Program-made: the position numbers and the translations under genes
Part shown: one piece after another, positions 11,536 to 22,703 of the stretch
Layout: every line of letters starts with the position of its first letter
Numbering within the stretch: the first letter of the stretch is position 1
The notes under the pieces: model-generated
Database searches by the model: none
Seen by the model: the letters and a program-made list of their open reading frames with translations, nothing else
What the model was told of the DNA's origin: nothing
From: Chrysochromulina tobinii
Taxonomy: Eukaryota
Assembly: GCA_001275005.1 (NCBI GenBank)
Contig: JWZX01003092.1
Coordinates: 1-47,499, forward strand
DNA: 47,499 bases
Direction: 5' to 3'

Positions 11536-13092
11536 TCAGCGCGCAAAGGTAAAGAGGTGGCCCTGCACTGGCACGCCGTTCTCCATGCGGGGCGTGATCT
11601 CCTCGTATGCGATGAGCTCAAAATTGCCAGTGGCCGCTGCAGTCGCGACCACGTACGCCTTGGTGTGAGCGAACCGTCCGCTGGTGCGCAGCCGCCAGCC
11701 CGCGGGAGCCTCCTCCTCGTCCGCGCGCTCGCACGAGAAGACAAGCGCGACGCCCGAAACGGCGCTTAATCGTGAGAAGGCCGCAAGGACGTCTGACAGG
11801 TCGCCAAAGTAGACAAGCACGTCTGCAGCGGCCAGGAGCTCGACACCACTCTGCTCGTCCACCGCGCGCGCCGCCGCCTGCTGGCGCCGCATCGAGGCCC
11901 TGTGGTTGCCCTGCATGCGGCGCTCGAGCACGTCCGCACGCTGCAGCGTCACCAAGTCGGCCGCGAGCACCTTGTCATACACGGGGCTACCGTCCTCGGT
12001 CATGAGGGCCTCAGCCTTGGTAAGCATCTTGGGCGACAGGTCGACGCCTGTGAGGTACCCCGAGACGAGGGTGCGCAAGTACGGCCCTGCAAGCCCGGTG
12101 CCGCAGCCCGCGTCGAGGGCCGTTGCAAAGGGTGCGCCGCCGCGCACAGAGCGCACGTGCGCCGCCACTGCCTCACCAAGCAACCGAGGCACAACATATC
12201 CAAGCGTAGCGAGCTTCTCGTTGAATGAGTCCGAAAAGTCGTCAAAGAGCGATTTGACGAATTGCGGCGATGCCTTCTTGACGCCGCCGCCGCCCGCGCC
12301 GCCACTGCTGCTGTCGGCGAGCATCGCAGCGAGCATGTGCTCCGCTTGGGCATGCTCCGGGGCGAGCTGCAACGCGTTGCGCAAGGCGTTCTGCGCATTC
12401 TCGAGACAGACGCTGCTGCTGACGGCGGAGCTCGCGTCGCCCGGCTCGACGCCCATGAGTAAGCTCGTTGGTTCGGCCGCGTACGTCGCACACTGCTCGT
12501 CGCTCAGCCCCGAGAGCTGGATCCCGAAGTTGTAGTACAGCTCCGCGAGATACGTTGCATCGTCGGACTCTTCAGCCGGTTCGCCCTCGCTCGCCTCGTG
12601 CATCCGCTCGAGCTCGAGAATGGCGCGCTGGAAGGCGCGCGTCGCCTGCAATGGCCGATCGCGCACCTCCGCGAGCGCCGTGCCCAGGTTGGCCCACGCA
12701 TCCCAGCGTTTTGGATCCGCCGCAACCACCTCGAGGTAGAGCGACGCCGCCTCACGCAGCGCGTCGTTCGTCTTTCGGTCCTGCAGCTGCAGCGCGAGAT
12801 TGAAGGCCGCATCCGAGTGGGCTGGTTCGATTGCAAGCACCATGCGGTACAGCTCCTCCGCGCGCGCGTCGTTGTCCTCGCCGCCGAGATCAATGAGCAC
12901 CGAGCCGAGATTGGTCATACAATCGGTGCGAGTGCGGTCAAGGCGGATGCACGATTCGAAGGCAACCCTCGCGGCCTCAAACGAGCCGTCCCGGTACAAG
13001 TCGAGACCACGCATAAATTGCCAGTTCGCATCCGGATTCGAAGGGAGCGCGGCGTCCGCCCAGCAGAGAAGCACGAGCCATCCTCTCCTCAT
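11536..13092 (-). CDS. TPR-repeat-containing class I SAM-dependent methyltransferase (COG4976-like)
   Basis: Signal-like N-terminus and several TPRs (DAWANLGTAL), then FVKSLFDDFSDSFNEKL..LGY..P, LDAGCGTGL, GVDLSPKML, AADVLVYFGDL, SGRFAH..YV. Confidence 0.85.
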   Translation of the reverse strand: MRRGWLVLLCWADAALPSNPDANWQFMRGLDLYRDGSFEAARVAFESCIRLDRTRTDCMTNLGSVLIDLGGEDNDARAEELYRMVLAIEPAHSDAAFNLALQLQDRKTNDALREAASLYLEVVAADPKRWDAWANLGTALAEVRDRPLQATRAFQRAILELERMHEASEGEPAEESDDATYLAELYYNFGIQLSGLSDEQCATYAAEPTSLLMGVEPGDASSAVSSSVCLENAQNALRNALQLAPEHAQAEHMLAAMLADSSSGGAGGGGVKKASPQFVKSLFDDFSDSFNEKLATLGYVVPRLLGEAVAAHVRSVRGGAPFATALDAGCGTGLAGPYLRTLVSGYLTGVDLSPKMLTKAEALMTEDGSPVYDKVLAADLVTLQRADVLERRMQGNHRASMRRQQAAARAVDEQSGVELLAAADVLVYFGDLSDVLAAFSRLSAVSGVALVFSCERADEEEAPAGWRLRTSGRFAHTKAYVVATAAATGNFELIAYEEITPRMENGVPVQGHLFTFAR

Positions 13093-13372
13093 CTTCGACG
13101 CTCGCGATCTCCGAACGAGGTCCGAGAACGAAGCGCTATCCGGACAAAAAGCTCCCTGAGCCTCAGCCAGCGTCACCGAGTCCCAAGCGGCGTCGATATC
13201 GGTAAAGTACCGGAACTGTGTCCCGTGTGTGTCCCGGCCCCCCGCGCCCCCGGTGTCTTTTCATTCATGGAACTGAGTCGGCCGCCGTGAGCTCCGGGGG
13301 ATTGGCCCGTGGACCCCTTGCGTGGACCGTGGTCGCGCGCGCGATTCACCCATTCAGGAGAGGTCTCGTGGT

Positions 13373-14572
13373 ATGTTGGAAAGAAAAAAGCGAGCGACAT
13401 GGAGCCCCGCGCTCGTTTTTCCGAAGATGGAGTGGCGAGTCTATAGCAAAGACTTTGCTGACATGTGCCCAGGCGAGGCGCCGCTTGAGTGCCGGCAACG
13501 CAGGTGCACACCATATTCCGACTGTCAACGTCAAAGCAGTTGCCGCATCAGTACTGACAGGTCGTCGGCGATGATGCGAGTCCACAGCATGGCCTTCTGT
13601 GGAAAAGATGACTCATACGTCGCTGTAGACTTTGATAAGGAGTCGTGGCAGCCGAGGCAGAGCCGCGCCGTGCACTGGCGATCAGGCTCGCTACTGGCGC
13701 ACTTGCTCCCTTCCTTGGAACTTGGTCTTCAGGACTCGCAGACAGAGGGGCCTGAGATCGGAGTTTGCCCTGGCGGCCACTTCGAAATCATGAAAGGGTG
13801 TAAGCCATGGGGACGAACCTTGTGCTGGGTCCATGCAACCGAGACCGACTCAGTGGAGCAGCCGCACGTCGAGCCTCTCGTTGCCTTAGGAGAGTACGGT
13901 AATGACGACAGAAGGTGGCTCGAAGATTGGTGCTTCTCGTCCGATGGCACGTTGCTTGCAGCCGTCATGAATTGGGAAGATGGAGACCAAAGAGAGGATC
14001 CAGACTTGGTGGTGTACAATTTACGCCCTTTCCTTACGGAGCTCGAGGCCCGGCGTGCGGCCCGGCGTGCGCGTGCACTGCTTCCGCTCCGCACCTTTGT
14101 GATGTCTCTGAGCCTCCGTGAGCGGCAAGTGGCGGAGATTCCCTCGTTGATTCAGGAGCTTCGCTTGGAGGAGGGGCGGCCGGGTACAGGTACGACCATG
14201 GAGAGCCAACCCGGCGTCATCTCCGATGCACTCGCAGCCGTATTTGGAAACGCGTCTTTGGTCGAGCTGATCGAGTCATGGCTGCTACAATGGGAGACTT
14301 CCGAGGCTAGCGCGAACGATCCTTACGGCTGGTTCTCTGGCTCGGACGATCCATGCACGACCAAAACCGTCAAGCTGGGCTCGCGCCTGACATGGCGCGA
14401 GCAGCACGACTGGCGATCCAAGCACGGACAGCTGGCTCCCAGACAATCAGAGAGCCAAAGTGTTCACGAAGCTCGAGGGGCGCCTTCACAGCTGGCTCCC
14501 CCCAGACCTTCAGAGAGCCTTCCGCGACCTGGATGCACCCGATGGCCACCTTCCGCAACCTGGATGCTGTGA
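13373..14572 (+). CDS. Hypothetical protein (possible degenerate beta-propeller segment)
   Basis: ~400-codon ORF containing WCFSSDGTLLAAV. No family recognised. The 3' end contains a duplication (14428-14456 and 14488-14519), and the gene boundaries are uncertain. Confidence 0.35.
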   Translation: MLERKKRATWSPALVFPKMEWRVYSKDFADMCPGEAPLECRQRRCTPYSDCQRQSSCRISTDRSSAMMRVHSMAFCGKDDSYVAVDFDKESWQPRQSRAVHWRSGSLLAHLLPSLELGLQDSQTEGPEIGVCPGGHFEIMKGCKPWGRTLCWVHATETDSVEQPHVEPLVALGEYGNDDRRWLEDWCFSSDGTLLAAVMNWEDGDQREDPDLVVYNLRPFLTELEARRAARRARALLPLRTFVMSLSLRERQVAEIPSLIQELRLEEGRPGTGTTMESQPGVISDALAAVFGNASLVELIESWLLQWETSEASANDPYGWFSGSDDPCTTKTVKLGSRLTWREQHDWRSKHGQLAPRQSESQSVHEARGAPSQLAPPRPSESLPRPGCTRWPPSATWML

Positions 14573-15103
14573 TAGATGCACCCGATGGGTCCGTGGCACT
14601 CCTGAGGAATCGGCTCGCACTGCCTGAGCAGCACTGCGCCGTGCGCCCCGCCGCCGATGCAGCCATGGCCACGTGCCTCTGGTCTGCCTCCACTGCTGAG
14701 GTCGGCGGATGTGCGCGACTGCAGGATGGGAGCTTGCTCTCCTTGAAGCCAGCCAACCTGCCACAGCTTGACAGAGCACGGGAACCATAGCACGGCGCCG
14801 TGCGCCGTCGCGGTGTGACGATTCTGACGAAGCGCGCTGGGGCAGCCCAGAGCGCGAGCTGGACCATGGACGGCGCCTGAGCGCTGTGGTACCATACAGG
14901 TGTGAGCATGGGCGTGAGACAGTGGTACTGCAGCGCGCAGCACAAGCGCTCAATAAAGGTTATTCGTGTGTGTGAACCGTGTGTGTCCTGTGTGTCCCCG
15001 TGTGTCAGGGCGCGGCGGTCGTGCGGTGCGGGTGCTCTGGATTTTGGGATGGTTGTGAGGTTCTTCAGTGTGATCCGTGTGCCCGTGTGTCCCCGTGTGT
15101 CCC

Positions 15104-15360
15104 GTGTGAACGTTAACACGACAGACGCGACAACCGGTGCTACGGCACTGTTACTGCCCGCTCAGAATACACACACCTTACATGACCCCATCCCATACGG
15201 GTGTCCAGGCTCCCCCCAATGTCTTTTTACGGTACAGCACCTCCGAGCTGGGAATTACTTCCAAGAAAAGATCGCGTGGCACGGTTGTCGCGTCTGTCGT
15301 GTTAACGTTCAAACAGTGCCGTAGCACCGGCTGTCGCGTCTGTCGTGTTAACGTTCACAC
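15104..15360. mobile_element. Foldback/MITE-like element with 49-bp inverted repeats
   Basis: 15104-15152 is the reverse complement of 15312-15360 (1 mismatch). There is an extra partial tandem copy at ~15282-15314 and a related copy at 39301-39323. No clear target-site duplication (TSD). Confidence 0.55.
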
Positions 15361-15480
15361 AGTCGTAGCACAGCACAGGGGACCACAGACGGATGGTTCT
15401 TCACGCGTGCACATCCGAGTCGCGCGCGGCGCGGCGGCGGCGACGGGTGCGCGAATCGTTCAGATTCTGACCTTTTTCGA

Positions 15481-16860
15481 ATGGTGTGCCTCTCTGTCTG
15501 TTGGCGTCGCGATTCAAAGGCGGCTCGCATCACCATCGTGCACGCTATCTCGAGAGAGCGCTTTGCAGTCGGTTACGACAATGGGGCGCTGCGGGTCTTT
15601 CAGTGTGTGCCTCAGATGGCTTCCTCGACGTGCTTCTGTGAGGACTTCATTTTCAATTCGCTCGCACACGCTGCTGCGGTGCTCAGCTTGGCCAGTACAG
15701 CTATGAACGATGAGGCATACGTGCTCAGCGGCGGTGCGGATGGCCGCGTGTGTGTGCGATGCTATCGAGAGCCAGCCACAGCGCAGGAGCACAGCAGCTG
15801 GAAATTGGAGAGCACGCACGGTGGCACTCTTGGTCGATCGGGCCTCCTCATCGAATGCGTCGCCGCAGCTCGCGATACCTGGGCCGCGCTAGTCGGCAAC
15901 AAGATTGCCGTCGGTCCACTTCGGTCGGCTCACCATTGGCCCGTCCAGTATGTTGGCCCTCTGGCGAACGTGGCCGACGACTTGCAAATGCTACCCGACG
16001 GAGCGCTGGTCACCTGCTCCTTTGGAGGCCTCACTCTGTGGCGCCGGCAGGATGAGAGTACCACGCTCGGCTCGCCGCCCAAGTATGCACGCACCGAGCG
16101 TCTCGCGGCGGCGCGAGCCTCGGAAAGCATCGACCTCGGTTGCGATGGCTGGGCGCGCTCGCTTGCAGCCTCGGCAGGAGGCCAGTGGCTCGCAGCGGGC
16201 GTGGGTGGTACTGGAGGCAAGGCGTCGTTGTGGCTCTGGCGTATGGCCGACGGGGCCGAGTTTGAGTGTGGTGGGCTCCGAGGCGAAGTGCGCGCCCTTA
16301 CATGGAGCGACGACGGCTTGCTGTGTGCAGTGAGCTCCTCGGGTGTGGCTGACGTGTTTGTCTGGAGCTTTGGGAGTCGCGTCGATGGCGATGACAGCGC
16401 ACCGAGCGCCAAGCGCGCTCGAGCGAGCACGCCAGCGATGTCCAGCCCCGCAGGCCAGACGCCGTATCGCCTGCGGCTCGAGGGTGGCACGAATGCGCAT
16501 ACTCTCTCGTTTGAGTCTCGTGACGGCGCCGACGCCGCGGGTAGGACGCTGCCGTTGCTCGCATGCGGCGGCGAAGATGGCGCGATCCACCTCTTCGACC
16601 TGCAGGGTGTGCACAGCACAGATGCGCACAGCACCGTGCGCCGCGCCGAGTGTATACTGCCGGTGCTCAGATGGTCGCACCCAACGGACGAGGAAGTGCC
16701 AACATTTGATGCTCTGACGCAGCGCTGGACGAGAGGCGCGCCGCCGGATCCTGGCCGGCTCGAGCGGTTGCTCTGGCTGCCGCACAGGGCCGGGCACCGT
16801 TCCCTGCTCGTGGCGCAGTACCCTAACGGGCTGCTCACGTGTGCCATCACTTCGATGTGA
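15481..16860 (+). CDS. WD40-repeat protein
   Basis: FAVGYDNGALRVF, AHAAAVLSL..VLSGGADGRVCV, VRALTWSDDG, LLACGGEDGAIHLFD. The true start may lie upstream. Confidence 0.7.
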   Translation: MVCLSVCWRRDSKAARITIVHAISRERFAVGYDNGALRVFQCVPQMASSTCFCEDFIFNSLAHAAAVLSLASTAMNDEAYVLSGGADGRVCVRCYREPATAQEHSSWKLESTHGGTLGRSGLLIECVAAARDTWAALVGNKIAVGPLRSAHHWPVQYVGPLANVADDLQMLPDGALVTCSFGGLTLWRRQDESTTLGSPPKYARTERLAAARASESIDLGCDGWARSLAASAGGQWLAAGVGGTGGKASLWLWRMADGAEFECGGLRGEVRALTWSDDGLLCAVSSSGVADVFVWSFGSRVDGDDSAPSAKRARASTPAMSSPAGQTPYRLRLEGGTNAHTLSFESRDGADAAGRTLPLLACGGEDGAIHLFDLQGVHSTDAHSTVRRAECILPVLRWSHPTDEEVPTFDALTQRWTRGAPPDPGRLERLLWLPHRAGHRSLLVAQYPNGLLTCAITSM

Positions 16861-17087
16861 GGAGAATGATGTTCGTTCTCAGAGCTGACCTTTTCGAAAG
16901 TTCCTGCTGTGTGGCTGTATTTCGTGTGACTTTGCGGTGGTGGGGCGGGGTGCGACGAAACTCGAACGTCGATTCAACTGACCTTTCCGCTACTTCCCGC
17001 ATCGTCCTCGAGCACCACCCGTGCCACCCGCGCGCACGTCGCGACGAGCTCGACGACCGGCTCACTTCAATTTGGATCTCAGTCACC

Positions 17088-17699
17088 ATGTTCTGGATGT
17101 ATCTCCTCGGGGCGCTCCAGGGACCGTGCACACGGCGCGTGTTCGCAGCGGCCGTGTGCGCATCAGCACCAGCTGCCGCCTCGCACGCATTTGTGGCAGC
17201 GCCGGCTATCGGCAAGCCATTTGAGTGGGGGAGCCTTTGGAGCAGCTCGTATACTGGCGGAGCGGTCGCAGAACCCAAGCGCACTGGGCTGAGGCCAGCC
17301 GATGTAGCAACAATACTCGAGGACGATCTGAAATCTCGCAAGTACATTTTGACAGGTCAACTGTCACCGGGGATCTTTGCCGACGACTGCCGCTTCCAAG
17401 ACCCCAACAACGCGGTGACTGGTCTCAGCAAGTACCGCCAGGCCCTCTCCTACCTATTTCGAGCCGAAACATCCACTGTCGAAGATGTGCGCATCTCCGT
17501 GGATCCTGCGGGCTCGATTGTCGCAGAATACACGGCCAGCGGCGAGCTCAAGCTCCCGTGGCGGCCACGCATCTCTCCCTGGGCCGGTCGGATCACTTAC
17601 ACTCTAGATGCTGACGATGGCCTCATCACATCGCAAGTGGATGTTTGGAACATCACGCGGCTCGACGCGGTGCGACAAACGTTCACTCCTGGTGTCTAG
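17088..17699 (+). CDS. DUF2358 / SnoaL-NTF2-like protein, possibly plastid-targeted
   Basis: YILTG.L...IFADDCRFQDP....GL.KY, LKLPWRP, GLITSQVDVW. Signal-like N-terminus. Confidence 0.75.
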   Translation: MFWMYLLGALQGPCTRRVFAAAVCASAPAAASHAFVAAPAIGKPFEWGSLWSSSYTGGAVAEPKRTGLRPADVATILEDDLKSRKYILTGQLSPGIFADDCRFQDPNNAVTGLSKYRQALSYLFRAETSTVEDVRISVDPAGSIVAEYTASGELKLPWRPRISPWAGRITYTLDADDGLITSQVDVWNITRLDAVRQTFTPGV

Positions 17700-17865
17700 C
17701 TCCGGCCCGCTCGACCCAGCGCGCTGTACGATCTTTGTACGAGTGAGGAACGATTCAGAATGTCGTGAATGGTAGATAACTTCGTAGTTGGACATATATG
17801 TTCCGATGGATGATTCAAACGTTTCTACGTAAGACACTCGGACATCGAAATTACTATCATGCTGA

Positions 17866-18213
17866 TCACTTGCCATAAATCTTCGGCTTCACTCCGGAGG
17901 TATCGGCCTTCTTAACAAGACGAAGCTGCTTCCTGCTCATCTTCTTGATCTTGCTCGTGTTGGTGATCACCTGATATGTCATGCCACGCTCGCGGTTCTC
18001 CTCCTTCTTCTTCTTCTTGGCCTCGATCCGCTCGCGTTCCTCGCGCTTCTCGCGCCGGATCTCATCATCCATCGCCGCTTGTTGCGCGAGCACCGCAGCT
18101 CGCTCCGCTCGTATCTTTTCCTTCTTCTCCCAAGAGTCACGAATCTGTGGTACAGCGACCAATGACGAGGCGCGAGCTTTCCTGGGCTCCTTCCAGGGGC
18201 GCAGCTTGCCCAT
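17866..18213 (-). CDS. Cgr1/CCDC86-like nucleolar coiled-coil protein
   Basis: PWK..RASS..SWEKK, a basic coiled coil, and YQVITNTSKIKKMSRKQLRLV. Confidence 0.8.
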   Translation of the reverse strand: MGKLRPWKEPRKARASSLVAVPQIRDSWEKKEKIRAERAAVLAQQAAMDDEIRREKREERERIEAKKKKKEENRERGMTYQVITNTSKIKKMSRKQLRLVKKADTSGVKPKIYGK

Positions 18214-18466
18214 GATGGATGGACGACACTCGACTTCTGAAGAAAGCCACGCCTCGTCGCCTCACAAAACTTCTTTTCGGGACGCCCAACATGGCGGTTT
18301 TTCATAATTCAAATGGACTTGGGCCGCCCGGTCCCAAGCTCTCCTTTCACAAAAATGTTTTACAACCTATGTCGACACGTGCTCTCGACACCAACACCTA
18401 AAGCAGATTTCAAAATGGGAGTCCGAAAGAAACGCGCAATCTACCAATATACGGCGGAGGCTAATC

Positions 18467-20425
18467 TTAGGCGGCGGGCAGGGGCTGCGATCTCGGCTTC
18501 GCGGGGGGCAGCTGCTTGGGCAGAGAGAGCGAGGGAACCTGCACAGGCAGCTCGCCTCGTCCGATTGGCTCGCGACTGACGGGGAGCGGCGGCCTCAAGA
18601 ACTCGGGAGATGGAAGCTCGGGTGACGCGCGCGCAGCGAGGCCCGGCCGACCGCCAAAATAGGAAGTAGGCGAGGCAGCCCTGAAGCGCCCCCCCTCGCC
18701 GCGCGCCTCGGCCGCCGCTAGCGCCTCGGCTGCCGCCTCCCTATGCTGTTCGAGCAGCGCCTCGTGTTTGGGTGTCGTCATGCCGTCTGACTTTTGGGAA
18801 GCCACCGTCTGCTGCCAAGCGCCGAACATCTCACGCCGGTCAGCCTGGCGCTGCTGCTTCTCGTTCGCGAGCTGTCGGACCTCGTCCGCACTCAGTCTCG
18901 GCACGTGCGCGCCCAGAAGCTCCGCCAGATGATCGAAACCCTCGAAGCGCGCCAAATCGGCAGGCACGAGCCGAGCACCAGTAGGCACGAGTCGTGTTCC
19001 GTCAAAACGCATGCTCAGGCCGCTCTCACGCGGGTCGGCCCCCGCCCCGAGCAGATGCATGCACATCTCGATCGCATTCTGCTGCACGGCGAGCAGGCAC
19101 GCGGTCGCGCCCGAGACGGGATCGGCGAGCTCAGCGTCGGCGCCTGCATCGAGGAGCAGTTGCACACACTCGTGATGGTTCTTTTGGACAGCGAGCAGTA
19201 GTGGCGAGAAGCCCTCGCGGTCGCTCTTGTCGGGCGTCGCGCCCGCGTCGAGCAGCACACGCAGGCAGTCCGCCATCTCGGCCGTCCACGTCTTGGCCTT
19301 GGCGCAGTACGCGCACGGCGTGCAGCCGTTGTGGTCACGCTGGTCGGCATCGGCGCCAAAGTCCAACAACATCTCGAGGCAGCTTACGTTTCCGGCCTCG
19401 ACGGCAGCGTGTACGGGCGCAATGCCCTCGTCCGCCGTCGCCGCACTCACATCCGCACCCGCCTGGATGAGCACGTACAGCAGCTCCGTCGCGCCGTCCT
19501 GAGCAGCGAGCAGCAGCGGCGACTTGCCATTGATGGCCATGTTTGGGTCGGCGCCGTGCCGAAGGCAAAAACGCGCGCCGGCTACGGAGTGCATGCGGCA
19601 GGCGACGAGCAGAGGAGTGAGCCCACACTCGAGCGGCGCGTCAAATCCCTTGTCTTCCGCGGCGAGGGTCTCAAGCTGCACCATCAGCTTCTCGTCGCTT
19701 GACAGGTCGTTATAGTGGGCCTGACGCTCGAGCCTCTCGCGCTCAGCGGCAGCGGCGGCCTCCCGTGCCTCAGCGAGCTCGACGGCCGTGAGTGAGCGGC
19801 GGGCACCGCGCGCCGAACCCATACCGCGCGCCGACGCTGGCGCGGGCACCGAGGCCGACCCTTTGGTGGGCAGCGAGGTCAACCCTTTTGCGCGTGGCTT
19901 GCGTTCGCTCTCACCAGCTTCCTTGCTCGCGCGTCGCTTGGGTTCGTTGCCGCTTTCGGCCAACGAGTCGTAGAGCGGCACGAGCAGCGGACAGCCGAGG
20001 GAGAGGCACAGCTCATGCCATGCGGCCTTGTCGTTGCTCGGCACACCCTTCTTGCCCTTGAGCAACTCGTTGAGCAGCACCTCTACCACCGCCGCAGTAA
20101 CACCTGACATCTCCTTGGAGGTCGCGTCGCTGGTGCCCTGGGCGGACGCCGCGACCTCGAACGTGAGCGAAACGAGGCCCGACTTGCTGCATAGCTGAAG
20201 CTGCGCGCGCGCCTGCCCATTCTTGTCCAGTGCTACGCACCCTGTTACCTTGAAGTTGGCCAAGTCCACGCCCTGCCCCTTCGCCGTCGGCGGGTTGCTC
20301 GTCTTCTTTTCAGTCTCAGCGCTGCTCGAGCCGAAGAAAGCAGACGCCAAGGAGGTGGCACTCTTTTTCTTCGTCGCAACCTTTTTTTCTTCGCTGCGAC
20401 GCGGCGTCGAAGGGCCAGAAGGCAT
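18467..20425 (-). CDS. Ankyrin-repeat protein
   Basis: About 6 ankyrin repeats (GLTPLLVAC, GKSPLLLAA, GIAPVHAAV, GFSPLLLAV...GAD). Likely start is MPSGPSTP at 20425. Confidence 0.85.
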   Translation of the reverse strand: MPSGPSTPRRSEEKKVATKKKSATSLASAFFGSSSAETEKKTSNPPTAKGQGVDLANFKVTGCVALDKNGQARAQLQLCSKSGLVSLTFEVAASAQGTSDATSKEMSGVTAAVVEVLLNELLKGKKGVPSNDKAAWHELCLSLGCPLLVPLYDSLAESGNEPKRRASKEAGESERKPRAKGLTSLPTKGSASVPAPASARGMGSARGARRSLTAVELAEAREAAAAAERERLERQAHYNDLSSDEKLMVQLETLAAEDKGFDAPLECGLTPLLVACRMHSVAGARFCLRHGADPNMAINGKSPLLLAAQDGATELLYVLIQAGADVSAATADEGIAPVHAAVEAGNVSCLEMLLDFGADADQRDHNGCTPCAYCAKAKTWTAEMADCLRVLLDAGATPDKSDREGFSPLLLAVQKNHHECVQLLLDAGADAELADPVSGATACLLAVQQNAIEMCMHLLGAGADPRESGLSMRFDGTRLVPTGARLVPADLARFEGFDHLAELLGAHVPRLSADEVRQLANEKQQRQADRREMFGAWQQTVASQKSDGMTTPKHEALLEQHREAAAEALAAAEARGEGGRFRAASPTSYFGGRPGLAARASPELPSPEFLRPPLPVSREPIGRGELPVQVPSLSLPKQLPPAKPRSQPLPAA

Positions 20426-20737
20426 GGAGGGACTCCGAAGACACCCCGAGAGCAGCGGCGGTGGCTTGCCAATTCCTTCGCGTTGCCAAATTAGCCGATG
20501 GTGAGTTACATGTAGAGACGACCTAGAAATGGAGAAATGGGGCGGGTAGGCCGCAGGGGGAGATGGCGTACGCAAGGGCGCGGCGCGGCTGCCGTCGTCC
20601 CTATTTAGGATGCGTGTTTCCCCTAAAAGCCGAGACATTTTGCTGTATAGTACTGTACAGTAGTCGTTGTCCATCGCCCCACTCGAGTTCTTTTTTTGCG
20701 TCTCCATTGCTGGTGTTCCGCTCGCCGTCGGGACCCG

Positions 20738-22327
20738 ATGCAGGCTCCTCGTTGGGTGGACGTGGACGACGGCCTACCCAAACTACCTCAGCTTCGTCCG
20801 AGCCTCGTCGTCGCGAAGCCTCGCAGCCTGGAAGAGAAACAGACGCTTGAATTTAAGGGCCGCGTTGTGAACCTGCGAAGGGTGCTGCTTGCGAAGAATT
20901 TGCAGAACGCGCGAGAGGAAGCTCGGCAGAGGAACTTCGAAGTTGGGCAGGAGGTGCGTGATACAATGGACCACTTGTTGGGCCGTGATATCTCCGCGGC
21001 ACTGGCCACTGTTCGGCTGGCCGATGGCACGGAGGTGCGTGCGATGGCGGAGCAGCTTAGCAACGTGCTCGTAAAGGAGCTCAATGACGGCGACGTGCGC
21101 ACGCGAGATCAGTCCGACGTGCCGGGCCCGATGGTGGAGCACGCGGCATGGATGAAGCTGTGGCGCGAGATCAACATCGAGGGTCGGCTATTTTACCACC
21201 AGTTCATGGCAACACTACGCAGCAAGCTGCAAATAAAATTGGGAAAATTCGGATCGAAGGAGCGAGAAAAGAAGATGGCCGATTTGCAGGGACTGTGGTG
21301 TACTATCTGTGCCGGCAAGTTCCGCGAGACGGCGGGTGATGAGGACTTCGCTGGAGAAGTTAAGCCTTTCCTGGTTCTGAGTGAGTTCCTGGCGTTCATG
21401 AAGTCGGGATCCCAGCAGTGGGATGGTCGGTTGCAGATGCAGCTTGCGGACGAAGACGGGAGCGGCTCGGCCATGTCAGACGCTGTACCTGGGTGGCGGG
21501 CACGAGTCGTAGCACAAAATAGGCTTGCAGCGGAAGCGGTTCGCGAGAGCCGACCGAATAGGCAACGAGTTGGGGTGGACGGCCGACGGCTCCTGATCGA
21601 TGGCATGTCCAGTCCAGTATGGAGAAACATGATGGCCAACGAGGTGCAGGCAGCCAAAGATGAGCAACAAAGGCATCTGTCGAGTACGATCAACGCACGC
21701 ATTTCTAATCAACGCATCGAGTCGTGGTTAACGGTCGTCAAGGATGCTGTCAGCGACGATGGTCGGCTGGCGTTCGACGACGTGTCGTCGATCATGCGCG
21801 AGCACGTGAAGTTGAACGCGGACGAGTTGCAGCTGCTGCGGCGAGTATGGAAAGCGATCGATCCCGAGTGCACGGGCAGCGTGACGGTGGCAGCTTTTGG
21901 CACCTTCATGCAGCTGGGCGCCGCCAAGCACGTCGGAAGCAGCGATGGCTCACGCGCACGCGTGGTTGCTGAAAAGGAGTCTCGCATTTCGAGGAGCCAT
22001 GCCGCCAACCGCGCCAAGGCACAGCAAGCTCAACTTAACGTCGAGGCCGAGCGGTTGGAGAAGGCGATTGCACAGATGGAGAGCCCTCAGGAGCGTCCGA
22101 GGCGTCGAGCAAGCCGGCAGCCATCGAGCAAGCCGGCCCTGCTCGAGCTGGAAGAGCGACGACAGCAGGCGACGACGGATCGCAGCCATCTCGAGCGCCT
22201 CCTCTACGAGGAGCGCGACGACCAGACGTTCTACCTGGGTGCCGCGACAGCGCGAGAGCATCGCCAGAAGGGGGCTCAGATGCGCCGCTTAGGCGAACGC
22301 TTTAGGTTTCCTGTACTACGTACATGA
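20738..22327 (+). CDS. EF-hand-like / coiled-coil hypothetical protein
   Basis: WKAIDPECTGSVTVAAFGTFM and other degenerate EF-hand-like helix-loop-helix segments in a long ORF. Confidence 0.55.
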   Translation: MQAPRWVDVDDGLPKLPQLRPSLVVAKPRSLEEKQTLEFKGRVVNLRRVLLAKNLQNAREEARQRNFEVGQEVRDTMDHLLGRDISAALATVRLADGTEVRAMAEQLSNVLVKELNDGDVRTRDQSDVPGPMVEHAAWMKLWREINIEGRLFYHQFMATLRSKLQIKLGKFGSKEREKKMADLQGLWCTICAGKFRETAGDEDFAGEVKPFLVLSEFLAFMKSGSQQWDGRLQMQLADEDGSGSAMSDAVPGWRARVVAQNRLAAEAVRESRPNRQRVGVDGRRLLIDGMSSPVWRNMMANEVQAAKDEQQRHLSSTINARISNQRIESWLTVVKDAVSDDGRLAFDDVSSIMREHVKLNADELQLLRRVWKAIDPECTGSVTVAAFGTFMQLGAAKHVGSSDGSRARVVAEKESRISRSHAANRAKAQQAQLNVEAERLEKAIAQMESPQERPRRRASRQPSSKPALLELEERRQQATTDRSHLERLLYEERDDQTFYLGAATAREHRQKGAQMRRLGERFRFPVLRT

Positions 22328-22703
22328 TGTAAGCGCTCGCAGCTCGGCTCAATTTGCCTGTAGATCCGGGTAAGTAAGTCAGTAAACAATATCGCTTCTC
22401 GGGGTCCGCTGCATAGAACTTCAGAGAAGAGGGCAAATCTGCATGTTCTTGTGTGGTCGATATCCGTAACTGGATCGGAGCTCAGAGTGCTGGCGGTTCG
22501 AAATGCCACTTCGTGCTTGTGGGTCCGGAGGGATTCCGTATACGCGTTGTGTTGAATACTTCAGCAACTGTGTTTTAAAATTCACACAACTAGGCGCTGG
22601 TGTGAACGAAAACGAAAACGTTAACATGAACGAAAACGACCCGGTCTCCATGTGCCATCATGATGTGCCATGTGCTGCACAGCACTCGATTACTTGTAGC
22701 GGC

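Noticed and set aside
14370..15119. 249-aa minus-strand ORF
   Set aside because: It starts in gtgtcccc low-complexity repeats and overlaps another ORF, so it is likely non-coding.
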